In this document: piece by piece, positions 63,632 to 64,000 of the stretch
How positions within the stretch are numbered: position 1 is the stretch's first letter
Layout: each line of letters starts with the position of its first letter
Assembly (NCBI GenBank): GCA_030693155.1
Contig: JAUYBJ010000057.1
Coordinates: forward strand, 10,275 to 74,274
Direction of reading: 5' to 3'
Source of the DNA: Methylococcales bacterium
GTDB taxonomy: Bacteria > Pseudomonadota > Gammaproteobacteria > Methylococcales > Methylomonadaceae
Length of the DNA stretch: 64,000 bases
The notes under the pieces: model-generated
Databases searched by the model: none
What the model was told of the DNA's origin: nothing
What the model saw: only the letters and a program-made list of their open reading frames with translations
Position numbers and translations under genes: made by a program

Positions 63632-64000
63632 TTAGCAGATGTGAATTAAATTAATCAATAGCAAGGTAGCTTTAAAAATTAGTCCAACGACTATTAATAA
63701 AACAATGATGGTGAAGCTCAGTGGCCACTTATCTCTTAAAAGGCTGAACTTCAGTTGTTCGTCCATCCACTCGGTTTGGGACTGCCAGAAAAATTTGTAA
63801 TGCGCGTACCAATCACTTAAAAATATCTGCTTATTAATACGTAGACTAAAAACCTCTTTTTGAATACGTTTTAAGTCTTCCGCGTGTTGAGTGAGATCAT
63901 CACCTGTATTCGTTGATTTAACGGTTTGGTACAGAATTCTTAACTCATGAAACTTGTCAGTAAGGGCACTGCCTGCTACTTGGTATTTATCCTTAACATC
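63632..64000 (-). CDS. 3' part of a CDS encoding a C-terminally TM-anchored protein (5' end outside window)
   Basis: The minus-strand frame is open from the window edge to TAA (63632-63634). It ends …RDKWPLSFTIIVLLIVVGLIFKATLLLINLIHIC. The stop lies 9 nt upstream of the SMODS ATG. Confidence 0.55.
   Translation of the reverse strand, partial: DVKDKYQVAGSALTDKFHELRILYQTVKSTNTGDDLTQHAEDLKRIQKEVFSLRINKQIFLSDWYAHYKFFWQSQTEWMDEQLKFSLLRDKWPLSFTIIVLLIVVGLIFKATLLLINLIHIC

Overview
Mosaic accessory region, apparently from an AT-rich Gram-negative (gammaproteobacterium-like) genome; the host cannot be named from sequence alone. No rRNA, tRNA or CRISPR array was recognised.

(1) 1-14.4 kb is visibly AT-rich. 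It holds an AbiE-like wHTH/nucleotidyltransferase pair. This pair is translationally coupled to a lipoprotein with a pre-toxin-TG-like C-terminus and two tandem paralogous 4-TM proteins. A PstI/BsuBI-like type II R-M pair and a 458-aa orphan follow. Next is a Tn7-like transposition module (tnsA-like, tnsB, short tnsC/tniB-like, tniQ/tnsD-like) whose TnsA-like protein appears to lack the catalytic residues.

(2) 13.9-60.5 kb is a patchwork of higher-GC copper/silver-type metal modules.
- Transport and oxidation genes: cusF-cusCBA, three CPC-type P1B ATPases, one P2-type ATPase, two CopZ-like proteins, CueR with MerR-type 19-bp-spacer promoters, two multicopper oxidases, and CopB/PcoB.
- Accessory families: three CzcI/CopL-like small proteins, plus DUF305, DUF411, DUF2231, DUF2933, ICMT-like and DUF5676-like proteins.
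- Less expected genes: an HD-GYP protein, a YHS-SLOG fusion, and an orphan PD-(D/E)xK-like nuclease.
- A tightly packed trio (membrane-anchored FNR/2Fe-2S reductase, bis-His 5-TM protein, heptahaem cytochrome c) looks like an undescribed transmembrane electron conduit.

(3) 60.6-64 kb is AT-rich again. It holds a frameshifted DUF1622 relic, an orphan DUF2384 antitoxin-like gene, and a SMODS/AGS-C-type nucleotidyltransferase. That gene is co-transcribed with a partial TM-protein gene and converges on a DEDDh exonuclease gene.

All family assignments come from motif reading by eye and need HMM or structure confirmation.
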